From the NCBI GenBank assembly GCA_965279525.1, contig CBDIIB010000002.1, positions 224,001 through 288,000 on the forward strand: DNA of 64,000 nt, written 5' to 3'. The first letter of the stretch is position 1. Each line of letters opens with the position of its first letter. Below, one piece after another: positions 30,431 through 40,261 of this stretch. The translations under genes were made by a program, and so were the position numbers. Source of the DNA: Tagaea sp. (lineage in GTDB: Bacteria; Pseudomonadota; Alphaproteobacteria; CACIAM-22H2). A model generated the notes under the pieces. That model did no database searches. It was not told the origin of the DNA and saw nothing but the letters and a program-made list of their open reading frames with translations.

Positions 30431-30703
30431 ATGAAACGTTACCTGATCGAGCGTGATATCCCCGGCGTCAACAAGCTGGAGGGGACGGGCCTGAAGCAGG
30501 CGGCGGCAACGTCGAACGACGCGCTCGCCAAACTCGTCGGCAAGGCGCAGTGGGTCGAATCCTTCGTCGTCGACGACAAGACGTTCTGCATCTACATCGC
30601 CGAAAACGAGGCGGCCATTCGCGAGCACGCCAAGCTCAGCGGCTTCCCGGCCACGAAGATCAGCGAAGTACACAGAGTCATCGGCCCCGTGACGGCGGCC
30701 TGA
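30431..30703 (+). CDS. DUF4242 family protein
   Basis: YLIER.IP, W.ES.V..DKTFC.Y.A.NE.AIREH....GFP...I.EV. Confidence 0.85.
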   Translation: MKRYLIERDIPGVNKLEGTGLKQAAATSNDALAKLVGKAQWVESFVVDDKTFCIYIAENEAAIREHAKLSGFPATKISEVHRVIGPVTAA

Positions 30704-30769
30704 CGGGATCGGCGGCCGGTGCTGCCCCGCTTGGCTGCACCGGTCGCGCCCCCCGGCTGTTTCCCGGCG

Positions 30770-31168
30770 ATGGAACCCGGAACCTTCGTCTGGCAGGACC
30801 TGGCGAGCGACGATGTCGAACGCGCAGCCGCTTTCTATGCGGCGATGTTCGGATGGCAAAGTCGGACCGCACGGGCGAACGGCGGCGTCTTCCATCGCCT
30901 GTCGCTGGGGGGACGCGATATCGCCTCGCTTTACCGGATCGGCGAGGCGGCACGCATGCGCGGAATGCGCCCGCATTGGACGTCCTACATATGCGTTCCG
31001 TCCGTCGACGAAGCGGCCGCGCGTGCCGCGGCGAACGGCGGGGCAGTCCTGGTGCGGCCGCTCGACATCGGGGCGCCCGGCGTGCATCGCCACGCCCGCA
31101 TCGCGTTGATCGGCGACCCGGACAGGGCCGTGCTCGGACTTTGGGAGGGTCCTTCGCCGGCATCTTGA
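30770..31168 (+). CDS. VOC/glyoxalase family protein
   Basis: FVWQDL...D..RA.AFY..MFGW, W..YI.V..VD, DP...VLGLW. Confidence 0.82.
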   Translation: MEPGTFVWQDLASDDVERAAAFYAAMFGWQSRTARANGGVFHRLSLGGRDIASLYRIGEAARMRGMRPHWTSYICVPSVDEAAARAAANGGAVLVRPLDIGAPGVHRHARIALIGDPDRAVLGLWEGPSPAS

Positions 31169-31333
31169 CGCGTCATCGAGGAATGTCATTATCACCTCTC
31201 TACAATGACAATAATGCATCTGGCTGACGGAACTCGGGATCGCGAATGTCCCGTGACCGAACCCTGACCGAGCCCCGCAATGTCCGCCGACCGAAGCCTT
31301 GCCAGCGCGCTGCAATTCGCCCAGCCCGATCAC

Positions 31334-32368
31334 ATGTCGGACGACATCATCGATGTCGCCGTCCTGCTGCTCGATGGCGGCTTCGCGTCGACCGGCATCG
31401 CGCCGATCGAGATATTCTCGTCGGCCGGCGTGATCTGGAACTGGCTGAGCGGTCTCGACCAGCGCCCGCGATTCCGCGTCAAGGTCACCTCGCTCGACGG
31501 GAAAATCGTGCGCGGCATGTGCGGCATGTCCATGGCGGCCGAGTGCGCGATCGGCGACGTGGCGAAGGCGGATATCGTCGTCATTTCGGCATCGAGCTGG
31601 AACATTCAGGATGACGTGCTGCGCGACGGGCGGCTGATGGACTGGATCCGCGGCTGGCACGCGAAGGGGACCTATATCGTGGGGATCTGCTCGGCGGTCG
31701 CCTTCGTGGCCGAAAGCGGCTTGCTCGACGGACGCATCGCGACGACGCATTGGGGCGTCGCCGAGAATTTCCGGCAGCGCTATCCGGCGGTGCGGTGGCA
31801 CCCCGACCGTTTCGTGACCGAGGACGAGCGCGTGCTGTGCAGTGGCGGCGTTTACGGTGCCGCCGACGTCAGTCTCTATCTCGTCGAAAAATTCTGCGGG
31901 CGCGAAGTGGCGTTGCAGACCGCGAAATCCCTTTGTCTGAGCATGCCGCGCAGCTGTCAGTCCGGCTACGCGGCGCTGCCGCAAGCCCGCCCGCATTCCG
32001 ACGAGCGCATCCGCGAGGTCGAGGAGTTCGTCCGCGCCAACTACGCGCGTGAACTGCCCATCGCCAGTCTCGCCGGCCGCGCCGCCATGGGTGCGCGCAA
32101 CTTCATCCGCCGATTCAAGGCGGCGACCGGTTTCATGCCCGGCGCGTATATCCAGATGCTGCGCGTGACGGCCGCGAAGGAAATGCTGGAGATGGGCAAC
32201 GATACCGTCCAGAGCATCGCGAACAAGGTCGGCTATGAGGATCAGGCCTTCTTCCGCCGGATATTCAAGCGGCAGAACGGCATGACGCCGGCAGAGTATC
32301 GCGGTCGCTTCGCCCGGCTGAACGTCGTGCGCGCGGACCTTGCGCGCGGCCCCGCGCGCGCGGCCTGA
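31334..32368 (+). CDS. GlxA-type (DJ-1/PfpI + AraC) transcriptional regulator
   Basis: GICSA, GLLDGR.ATTHW, C-terminal double HTH (VGYED...FRR.FKR..GMTP.EYR). Start 31280 or 31334. Confidence 0.9.
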   Translation: MSDDIIDVAVLLLDGGFASTGIAPIEIFSSAGVIWNWLSGLDQRPRFRVKVTSLDGKIVRGMCGMSMAAECAIGDVAKADIVVISASSWNIQDDVLRDGRLMDWIRGWHAKGTYIVGICSAVAFVAESGLLDGRIATTHWGVAENFRQRYPAVRWHPDRFVTEDERVLCSGGVYGAADVSLYLVEKFCGREVALQTAKSLCLSMPRSCQSGYAALPQARPHSDERIREVEEFVRANYARELPIASLAGRAAMGARNFIRRFKAATGFMPGAYIQMLRVTAAKEMLEMGNDTVQSIANKVGYEDQAFFRRIFKRQNGMTPAEYRGRFARLNVVRADLARGPARAA

Positions 32369-32477
32369 CCGGAAATGCGCTTTGCGCGGCCGGGCGTTCC
32401 GCGCGAAACTCCGTCGCCCGGCAAAGTCCGGGTTGGCCGCCCGGACGGCGGCAACCGACAAGGGGAGTGACGCGCAG

Positions 32478-33413
32478 ATGTGGACGCAGGCCGAAACCTA
32501 TCCCGATCCGGCGATCGAGATCCTCGACAAGCGCTTCGAGAAATACCGCATCTTCAACGCCTGCATCGAGAAGCTGGCGACCGGCTGCCGGTGGGCCGAA
32601 GGGCCGGTCTGGTTCGGCGACGGGCGCTATGTCCTGTGGAGCGACATCCCCAACAACCGCATGCTGCGCTGGGACGAGGCGAGCAAGTCGGTCGCCACCT
32701 TCCGCCAGCCGTCGGACAATTCGAACGGCAACACGCGCGACCGGCAGGGACGGCTGGTCACCTGCGAGCATCTCACGCGCCGCGTGACGCGCACCGAGCC
32801 CGACGGCTCGATCACCGTGCTGATCGACCGGTTCGAGGGCAAGCGCCTCAACTCGCCCAACGACGTGATCGTGAAGTCCGACGATTCGATCTGGTTCACC
32901 GATCCCACGTTCGGCATCGGCGGCTTCTACGAGGGTGAAGCGGCGCCCAGTGAGCTGCCGATGGCGGTCTACCGGCTCGACGCGAAAACCGGCCAGGCCA
33001 AAATCGTCGCCAAAGACATCATCGGCCCCAACGGCCTGTGCTTCTCGCCCGACGAGAAGCTGCTCTATCTCGTCGAATCCGCCTCGCGGCCGCGCAAGCT
33101 GCATGTCTTCGACGTGGTCGAGAACGGCACGGCGCTGGCCAAGGGCCGGCCGTTCGGCGACTGCGGCGAGGGCACGCCGGACGGATTTCGCTGCGACGTG
33201 GACGGCAACGTGTGGGCGGGCTGGGGCATGGTGCCGGGGCTGAACGGCGTGCGCGTGTTCGCCCCCGACGGGACCGCCATCGGCCATATCCATCTGCCCG
33301 AGCGTGCTGCCAACGTGTGTTTCGGCGGCCGGCACCGCAACCGGCTTTTCATGGCGGCGAGCCAGTCGCTCTACGCCCTCTACGTCAACACCCAGGGTGC
33401 GCCCGGCGGCTGA
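32478..33413 (+). CDS. SMP-30/gluconolactonase family protein
   Basis: WAEGP, SNG, NSPND, PNG, PDG beta-propeller motifs. Confidence 0.92.
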   Translation: MWTQAETYPDPAIEILDKRFEKYRIFNACIEKLATGCRWAEGPVWFGDGRYVLWSDIPNNRMLRWDEASKSVATFRQPSDNSNGNTRDRQGRLVTCEHLTRRVTRTEPDGSITVLIDRFEGKRLNSPNDVIVKSDDSIWFTDPTFGIGGFYEGEAAPSELPMAVYRLDAKTGQAKIVAKDIIGPNGLCFSPDEKLLYLVESASRPRKLHVFDVVENGTALAKGRPFGDCGEGTPDGFRCDVDGNVWAGWGMVPGLNGVRVFAPDGTAIGHIHLPERAANVCFGGRHRNRLFMAASQSLYALYVNTQGAPGG

Positions 33414-33781
33414 AGGGCCGTCGCGAGGAACATCAGCGACCAGCAGGTGACCGCGATCACCGCGGCATAGACCGCAAAGCGCCGGTACGTCTCGCGCAGG
33501 ATGCCGAGGATCACGCGCGCCGCGTGGCTCTCCGGCAGCGCATGCTGCCGGCCCATCATCAGCCAGGTTTCGGTGCGCCGGTAATCCTGCCGGCCCGCAA
33601 GTTCGCCGCGCAGCACCAGTACCGCCAGCATCATCATCGACAGGATCGCCCCGCTGCGGAACGCGAGGACCGGCCACGTTATCAGGCCGAACATCGTCAT
33701 GCCGATCGCCAGCAGGGCAAACAGGCAGCCGCGGCCGACCGATTGAACGGCGGCCCACCGGATGCGGTCGAGTTCTTCCAT
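33380..33781 (-). CDS. Hypothetical membrane protein
   Basis: Three hydrophobic segments, YRRTE.W motif. 34-nt convergent overlap with the lactonase gene. Confidence 0.65.
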   Translation of the reverse strand: MEELDRIRWAAVQSVGRGCLFALLAIGMTMFGLITWPVLAFRSGAILSMMMLAVLVLRGELAGRQDYRRTETWLMMGRQHALPESHAARVILGILRETYRRFAVYAAVIAVTCWSLMFLATALQPPGAPWVLT

Positions 33782-33820
33782 CGGGATTGTCCCCGCGCGT
33801 GCGCGGCGCCGGCAGGCCCG

Positions 33821-34144
33821 CTAGCCCGCGAAGAGATAGAATAGGCGCACGAGGCCGGGCACCGTCAAGACGAAGGCCGAAAGCGCCCAGATGGCCATCG
33901 AGCCCGTCCCGTCGCGCAGGCCCGGAACCGCGCGCTCGGCGAGGGCGGCCGGAATGCCCGAGGCGAGCAGCGTCGTTGTCGCCGTCAGCATGCTCGAGAC
34001 GTAGAACAGCACGCCCGGCGACCCGGGCAGCCAGTTCGGCATCCACAGCGGCGACAGGGCCAGCACGAAATCGAGATAGGGCGAGAACATGCCGTTGACG
34101 GTCGAAAGACCGAGCACGACGGCGAAGAGCTGGTGGCGGGTCAT
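33821..34144 (-). CDS. Hypothetical small membrane protein
   Basis: Hydrophobic 107-aa ORF with GIPAAL.ER motif, in tandem with its neighbours. Confidence 0.65.
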   Translation of the reverse strand: MTRHQLFAVVLGLSTVNGMFSPYLDFVLALSPLWMPNWLPGSPGVLFYVSSMLTATTTLLASGIPAALAERAVPGLRDGTGSMAIWALSAFVLTVPGLVRLFYLFAG

Positions 34145-34155
34145 GGAGCCTGCCC

Positions 34156-34473
34156 TCAGCCGGGCGACACGGTCGGCACGAGGCCGGCCTGCCACATGAC
34201 GAGGAACGAGGCGACGCGCAGGTGATAGATCCAGAAGGCCGCGAGCGGCGGCAGCAGGAACGGACGCACGAAGCTTGGCGTGATCGCCGCGGTAGCACGG
34301 ACCGCCCACTCGGTCAGCATCACGAAACAGCGCCAGATGTAGTTCGTCGGCTGCATCGATGGCACGAAGAAGGCGAGCAGGAACCGGCCGATGCACGACC
34401 ACAGCACGATCGCCAGACCGTAATTGACGATCCAGAACGGCAGGTAGCTCAGGAAGAAGTTCGAATCCGTCAT
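34156..34473 (-). CDS. YggT-like small membrane protein
   Basis: NYIWR.F..LT..AVR....ITP pattern between TM helices. Confidence 0.6.
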   Translation of the reverse strand: MTDSNFFLSYLPFWIVNYGLAIVLWSCIGRFLLAFFVPSMQPTNYIWRCFVMLTEWAVRATAAITPSFVRPFLLPPLAAFWIYHLRVASFLVMWQAGLVPTVSPG

Positions 34474-34494
34474 GCGCGTGCGGGTTCCTTCAAT

Positions 34495-34526
34495 AAAAAG
34501 GGGCGGGACCCGGAAGGTCCCGCCCC
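34495..34526 (-). terminator. Rho-independent terminator after the symporter
   Basis: 11-bp stem GGGGCGGGACC/GGTCCCGCCCC with a T5 tract on the minus strand. Confidence 0.8.
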
Positions 34527-34563
34527 GTTCCGCCGGGCGCCGGAGCGCCTGGCAGAGTTCGAG

Positions 34564-36468
34564 TTACTCCTTGGCCGCCATGCCGGGGGCGAGGACGACG
34601 TCACCCGACGGAACGCGGATGGAGTCGATGAACGCCTGCATGTCGGGGCTGGCTTCCGGCGTCATCTTGCCGGCGATCCAGCCCGCGATGAACGAGGCGG
34701 GGATGCCGAAGATGCCGACCGAGATGTTGTTGATGCCCCAGAGATAGGCCACGTCGCGACCGCGGACCTTCACGATGGTCACGATGTCGCCGAGCATGCC
34801 CTTCATCGCCAGACCGTAGAACTCGGTCGTGATGAGGAAGAACATGACGACGGCGTAGCCGACCAGCATGGACCACACGCCGCTGGCATCGCCGCCCTTC
34901 TTCCACCAGATGCCGAGCACGAGGGCTGCGAACAGCCCCGACGCGGCGATGGAGAAGGCCCACGACACGAGGAACAGGATGTCGGCACCCAGGGTTCCGG
35001 CCACGTAGGCGGCGAGCACGGCAACGACCGCGAGGATCACGCGGCTGATGACGAGACGGCGCTTGGTGTCGGCCTGGGGGTCGATCATCTTGTAGTAGAT
35101 GTCGTGCGAGAGCGCGTTGGCGATGGCGAGCAGGAGCCCGTCGGCCGTCGACAGCGCTGCCGCGAGGCCACCGGCGGCCACCAGGCCGGCGATGACGTAG
35201 GGCAGGCCGGCGATTTCCGGCGTGGCGAGCACGATCGCGTCGGGATGGATGCGGAACTCCGAAAGCTGGAGGATTCCGTCCCCGTTGCCCGTCACGCCGG
35301 CGCAGATCGGGAAGATCTGTGCCGCGTTGGCCGCATCGCACGCACCGACGAGTGCGAGACCCGGCTTGCCCCACGAAGCGACCCAAGCGGGCAGCGAGGC
35401 GACCGGCGACCCGATGAGGCCCTGATACACTTCCAGCTTCGCGAACGCGGCGTAGGAAGGTGCCGTGAAGTAAAGCAGGAAGATGAAGAACAGCGACCAG
35501 CCCACCGAGTCGCGGGCCTGACGGACCGACGGCGTGGTGAAGTAGCGCATCAGGATATGCGGCAGCGAAGCCGTGCCGACCATGAGGCAGAGGATCAGCG
35601 CGAAGTAGTTGATCGCCGACGTCATGCTGAAGTTGCCCCGGGCGTCCGCGAAGGGCGCGATATGGCTCTTCGCGATGCCGAGGGTCTTCTCGAGGGCTTC
35701 GATCTTCTCGAGCGCCTGGCCGTACATCAGCTGGGGCACCGGCACGCCGGTGACCTGAGCGGACATGATGATCACCGGAATGAGGTAGGCGATGATCAGG
35801 ATGATGTACTGGGCGACCTGGGTCCAGGTCACCGCCTTCATGCCGCCGAGCATCGAGCACACGAGGATGCCGACGAGGCCCACGAAGCAGGCGACCTTGA
35901 AGTCCATGCCGAGGAAGCGCGACGTGATGATGCCCACGCCGACGATCTGCGCCACGACATAGACGAACGACGCGGTGATCAGCACGATGACCGCGAGCGA
36001 GCGGGCCGTGTTGCCGCCGAAGCGTGCGCCGCAGAAGTCCGGCACCGTGAACTGGCCGAACTTGCGCAGGTAAGGCGCCATCAGGATCGACACGAGCACG
36101 TAACCGCCCGTCCAGCCGAGCACGAACGCGAGCGCGTCGTAACCGCCGAAATAGAGCGAGCCGGCCATGCCGATGAACGACGCGGCGGACATCCAGTCCG
36201 CACCGGTCGCCATGCCGTTGTAGAAGGCGGGAACGGAGCGTCCGGCAACGTAGTATTCGGACACTTCCGCGGTTCGCGACAGCCAGCCGATCAGCGCGTA
36301 GACGCCGATCGTCAGGAAGACGAACAGATAACCGAGGATCTTGTCGGGTACCCCGAAGAACTCGAGGATACCGATGACAATGACGAAGCCAATGAACGTC
36401 CCGGTATAGATCCCGTAGATCTTCCCCAGGTTGCCCAAAAAGCTGCTGTTTGCGGCGGCACCGGCCAT
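34564..36468 (-). CDS. Solute:sodium symporter, ActP-related (VC_2705-like)
   Basis: YYVAGR, NGMATGADWMSAASF, GGMKAVTWTQVAQY, GTASLPHIL.RY, AALSTADGLL. Confidence 0.92.
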   Translation of the reverse strand: MAGAAANSSFLGNLGKIYGIYTGTFIGFVIVIGILEFFGVPDKILGYLFVFLTIGVYALIGWLSRTAEVSEYYVAGRSVPAFYNGMATGADWMSAASFIGMAGSLYFGGYDALAFVLGWTGGYVLVSILMAPYLRKFGQFTVPDFCGARFGGNTARSLAVIVLITASFVYVVAQIVGVGIITSRFLGMDFKVACFVGLVGILVCSMLGGMKAVTWTQVAQYIILIIAYLIPVIIMSAQVTGVPVPQLMYGQALEKIEALEKTLGIAKSHIAPFADARGNFSMTSAINYFALILCLMVGTASLPHILMRYFTTPSVRQARDSVGWSLFFIFLLYFTAPSYAAFAKLEVYQGLIGSPVASLPAWVASWGKPGLALVGACDAANAAQIFPICAGVTGNGDGILQLSEFRIHPDAIVLATPEIAGLPYVIAGLVAAGGLAAALSTADGLLLAIANALSHDIYYKMIDPQADTKRRLVISRVILAVVAVLAAYVAGTLGADILFLVSWAFSIAASGLFAALVLGIWWKKGGDASGVWSMLVGYAVVMFFLITTEFYGLAMKGMLGDIVTIVKVRGRDVAYLWGINNISVGIFGIPASFIAGWIAGKMTPEASPDMQAFIDSIRVPSGDVVLAPGMAAKE

Positions 36469-36490
36469 GGTTGGTCTCCTTGCCTGATTC

Positions 36491-36757
36491 TTATTCGTCG
36501 TTCACGCCGAATTCTTCGTCGATCTTGTTCTGGGCACTTGCGTTCCAGAAGCACATCACGACGAAGGCGATCAGCGAGCCCTGTGCGGCCATGTAGAACC
36601 CGATCGGGAAACCCAGGATGCGGATGCTGTTGAGCTGCGGGGCGAAGAAATGCACGACGAAGCTGAAGAAAAACCAGAGGGCCAGCAGCGTCCACATCAA
36701 TGCGGACGTCTTGCCCCAATAGGCCTTCATCTCGTCTGGCGAAAGCTTTTTGCTCAT
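36491..36757 (-). CDS. DUF4212 small membrane subunit of the symporter
   Basis: YW......L..W, GFP.GFY.AAQGS, D.EFGV. Confidence 0.88.
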   Translation of the reverse strand: MSKKLSPDEMKAYWGKTSALMWTLLALWFFFSFVVHFFAPQLNSIRILGFPIGFYMAAQGSLIAFVVMCFWNASAQNKIDEEFGVNDE

Positions 36758-37046
36758 TCGTGGTCTCCTCTCGTTGCGCAGGCCCGGAACCTTCGACCGC
36801 AGATGGGTGCGGATTCGGAGTACCAAGCCCCCGAGCCGCTTTTTGCGCGGCTTGCTGGTTACCAGGGGGGGACCGGCTGGTCCGATGGACCCCCGGTACG
36901 GCGAGTTTTGTGTAAGTTTACCGGCGTGTTCCTTGTTCTTCCGCGCGCACGTTCCGGCGCACTTGATAATCGGTCTAACATGGGATTCGCGAACTAGACA
37001 ACAGTTTCAAATCCATGGGATCGTCCGGGTCCCAGATCGTAGGCAA

Positions 37047-37691
37047 ATGAGCATGTTTTCATCTCTTTTCCGGACCCTTCGCGCCAAGCCGATCGCCGAC
37101 CCGTCGGAATTGCGGCGGTTCCTCAGTGGCGAGACGTCCTATCTGGCCCAACGCATGACTTATGAGTTCTCGCGCAATACGTTAGCGTGGTTCGGGCAAC
37201 ATTATTTCGCCGATCCGGGCTTCAATGACGTGTTCCGCAAATGCCGCTGGGAGTCCTTCGGGCTGCTGGGCGCGGACATCACCCTTCTGGCCTTCGGGCG
37301 GATGGCGGCAGCGCGTCCGGACCGCCATGCCGACCTCGCCGACCGGATGCCGGCCCTGTACACCGCAATTCTTGGCGAGTATCCGCTGCCGGACCATCGA
37401 CCCACGGGCTGGGCAGACCTCGAGACGGCATTCGGCGCGCGCCTCGGCGACCTGAAGCTGCCGCTCGACCCGGCGAAACTTGCGGTCCCGACGGCCAAGG
37501 CGGTTTTCAAGACCTTGCCGGTTTTCAGCGAGAACCGGTCGGGGGATTACATGGTCGTCTACAACGCCGTCCATTTCGGGCTCGTCGCGTTTGCCGACCG
37601 GCTACGCAAGCGCGTGGCGGCCGATCTTGCCGGCGATGCGCTGCTTGCCGGCGAACCGCTCGACCAGGATCGCGTGGTTCCGGTCGCCTAG
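37047..37691 (+). CDS. Hypothetical protein
   Basis: 214-aa ORF divergent from DUF4212 and 15 nt upstream of the DUF294 gene. Confidence 0.65.
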   Translation: MSMFSSLFRTLRAKPIADPSELRRFLSGETSYLAQRMTYEFSRNTLAWFGQHYFADPGFNDVFRKCRWESFGLLGADITLLAFGRMAAARPDRHADLADRMPALYTAILGEYPLPDHRPTGWADLETAFGARLGDLKLPLDPAKLAVPTAKAVFKTLPVFSENRSGDYMVVYNAVHFGLVAFADRLRKRVAADLAGDALLAGEPLDQDRVVPVA

Positions 37692-37706
37692 GAGACCGAG
37701 CCCGCA

Positions 37707-39159
37707 ATGGCCCCGCGCACCGCACTGGCACTTTTCCTCGGGAATGCCGGCGAAGCGATGAAGCCGGCCCCGGTATGCCGACAGTCCGAGACCGTCGGGA
37801 AAGCGGTCGCGGTCCTCGCCGCCAGCGGAAGTTCGGCCTTGCTCGTGGTCGACGGCGACGGCCGCCTCACGGGCCTGCTGACCGAACGCGATATCGTCAC
37901 CCGTGTCGCGTTCAAGGCCGATCCGGGCGCACCGCTGGCATCGGTGATGACGCCCGATCCGGTGGCGGTCGGTCCCGAGGAGCATCTCTATCGCGTCGTC
38001 GGCCGGCTGCGCCGGCGCGGCTGGCGCCACATGCCGATCGTGGATGCCGACGGCCGACCGCTCGGCCTTGTCGCAAGGGCCGATGCGCTGGGTGCTGCGG
38101 GTGCCCGCGTGCTTCGCGAACTCGACGTGCTGGGCGCACTCGAGGACGGGATCGACGACCACCGCGCCACCAAACGCGCGCAGGTCGAACTCGCCCAGGC
38201 ACTGCTCGACGACGGCCTGCCCGCACCCGACATCCAGCGCATCGTCACCGAGATCAACCGCGACATCCATCGCATGGTGCTGCGCGCCTGCATGGAAAAA
38301 AGCGGCACGCCGCCCGTGCCGTTCACGCTGCTGATCATGGGTTCGGGCGGGCGCGGCGAGAGTTTCCTGGGTCCCGACCAGGACCATGGCTTCATGCTGG
38401 CCGACTATCCCGACGACCGGCACGACGCGATCGACGCTTGGTTCATCGATGTTGCCGTGCGCTTCGGCGACATGCTCGCCGAGGTAGGGTTCCCGCTCTG
38501 CCAGGGTTTCGTGATGGCGTCCAACCCGCTCTGGCGCAAGACCGCAACGCAGTGGCGCGAGCAGGTCGGCATGTGGATCGCCAGGCGCACGCCGGCCGCC
38601 CTTCTCTATGCCGACATCTTCTTCGACTTCCAGCCGATCTGGGGCGACCCGCAGCCGGCGATCGAACTGCGCGCCGAGGTCGCCGCGGCGCTGAAGCGCA
38701 CGCCGGGCTTCGCGCAGGCGATGCTGGGCGAAGACCGGCGCCTGCATGTGGCGCTCGGATTTCTCGGGCGCCTCGCCACGCAAGGATCGGGCGATCATGC
38801 GGGCGAAATCGATCTCAAGCTCAACGGCACGATGCCGCTGGTCGCGGCCGTGCGCCTCCAAGCGCTGGCCCACGGCGTCGTCGAGACCGGCACGCTGGCG
38901 CGCATCGCCGCACTTCGCGAGGCCGGTGTGCTCAAGCCGGCGGAAGCCGACGGACTGGTGCAGGCGTTCGAGGCGGTGACGTTCTTCCTGCTGCGCGGGC
39001 AGTTGGCCGACGCGCGGGCCGGCCGCACGCCCGACACGTTCGTGAAGCCGGACGAGCTGACCAAGGCCGAGCGGGCGCGTCTCGTCGCCGGCCTTCAGTC
39101 GATCGACGGGTTCCTTACCCGCACGCGCGCCGACTTCACCGGGCCGCCTGCTGGGTTGA
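37707..39159 (+). CDS. CBS-pair + DUF294 nucleotidyltransferase-like protein (probable true stop 39157-39159; reads through to 40058 as assembled)
   Basis: Two CBS domains, MGSGGRGE....DQD pol-beta-type motif, C.G.VMASNP.W, IDLK. Removing one G at 39141-39143 gives FTGRLLG*. Confidence 0.82.
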
Positions 39160-39169
39160 CGGCCGGCGC

Positions 39170-40129
39170 TTACCGGGCGGCGAAGGCGAGCCAGCGGGTG
39201 CCGGGAAGTCGCCGGGCGGCACGGTATGCGGCCCAGGCGGCCGCCGCGTCCTGCAGGCCGCTACCGGTCGAATCGAAGACCACGAATGGCGCGTCGGGCA
39301 GCCGCGCGCGTCCCGCGACGAGTGCGGCAAGCGATATGACGCGGCCCGTGTCGAAGCCGGGCGTTTCTGCGAGCACGTGGCGAAGTTCGCCGCCCGTCGC
39401 GCATGCGCCGGGATCGTCGGCCAAGATCGCCGCGGCGCGCATCGTCGGTCCGTCGATTTCGCGTTTGCCCGGATTGTCGGCGCCCATCGCGGCGACGAAG
39501 GCCGTCCCGTGGAGCATGGTGCTTGCGATGACCGGCTCTCCCGAGGTCGTGCATGTAATGCAGAGCCCGGCTCCGTCGAGTGCTTCCGCGACGCCGGCAG
39601 CGAGGACCGTGCCGCGCGGGGCGCGGGCGACGAACACGCGCGCACGGGCGCGATTGCTGTCGAATACGCGGATCCCGCATTTCGGGTATCGCGCGGCGAT
39701 GTGGCGGACGACGTGTGCGCCAAGCGCGCCGCAGCCGATCACGGCGGCGAACCGGGGCGGGCGCGCGAGCGCGCACGTCGCGCCGAGCATCGCCGTTGCC
39801 GCCGTTCGAATGCCGGTAAGTGCTGCCGAGTCGATCACGGCGAGCGGCCGTCCGGTCGATGGATCGACCAGCAGTGCGAGCCCCTGGACGGTGGGCAGGC
39901 CGCGCGCCGGATTGCCGGGCCGGTTCACGTTGGTCTTCGAGACGAAGGCCGACGCGACGCCGGGCAGGTTTCCTGCTTTGACGTGGATCGTCCCGCCGTC
40001 GATCTCGAAGCCGATCGCGCGCGCGTCGGCCGGCATGCCGTTGCCGGCCGCCCGATAGGCCCGAGCCAGTGCCGAAAGCGCGCGAGCCGGGGTCAGCACG
40101 CGCGCCATATCGGCTGCATTCAGCAGCAT
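39170..40129 (-). CDS. Ornithine cyclodeaminase/mu-crystallin family protein
   Basis: LTGIRTAA, IGCGALG, AMGAD.PGKRE, FDSTG..LQD. Start may be at 40183. Confidence 0.85.
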   Translation of the reverse strand: MLLNAADMARVLTPARALSALARAYRAAGNGMPADARAIGFEIDGGTIHVKAGNLPGVASAFVSKTNVNRPGNPARGLPTVQGLALLVDPSTGRPLAVIDSAALTGIRTAATAMLGATCALARPPRFAAVIGCGALGAHVVRHIAARYPKCGIRVFDSNRARARVFVARAPRGTVLAAGVAEALDGAGLCITCTTSGEPVIASTMLHGTAFVAAMGADNPGKREIDGPTMRAAAILADDPGACATGGELRHVLAETPGFDTGRVISLAALVAGRARLPDAPFVVFDSTGSGLQDAAAAWAAYRAARRLPGTRWLAFAAR

Positions 40130-40261
40130 CACGCGGTGCGCAGGCCGACGGCTGCCGCTTCCGGAATTTCCTGAATTGCCCATTTTTGCCAATCCTCACG
40201 GATGGCAGACTTGGGCATGAAGCCTGACCGGGCGTCTGCGGAAAGCCCGGATCCCCTGACG

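Noticed and set aside
30300-33413. tRNA-anchored genomic island with attR
   Set aside because: No integrase and no duplicate of the tRNA 3' end were noticed by eye in the window.
36994-37008. CrbR-like GAC-N4-GTC box (TAGACAACAGTTTC) in the symporter promoter
   Set aside because: The match is imperfect and no crbS/crbR genes are in the window.
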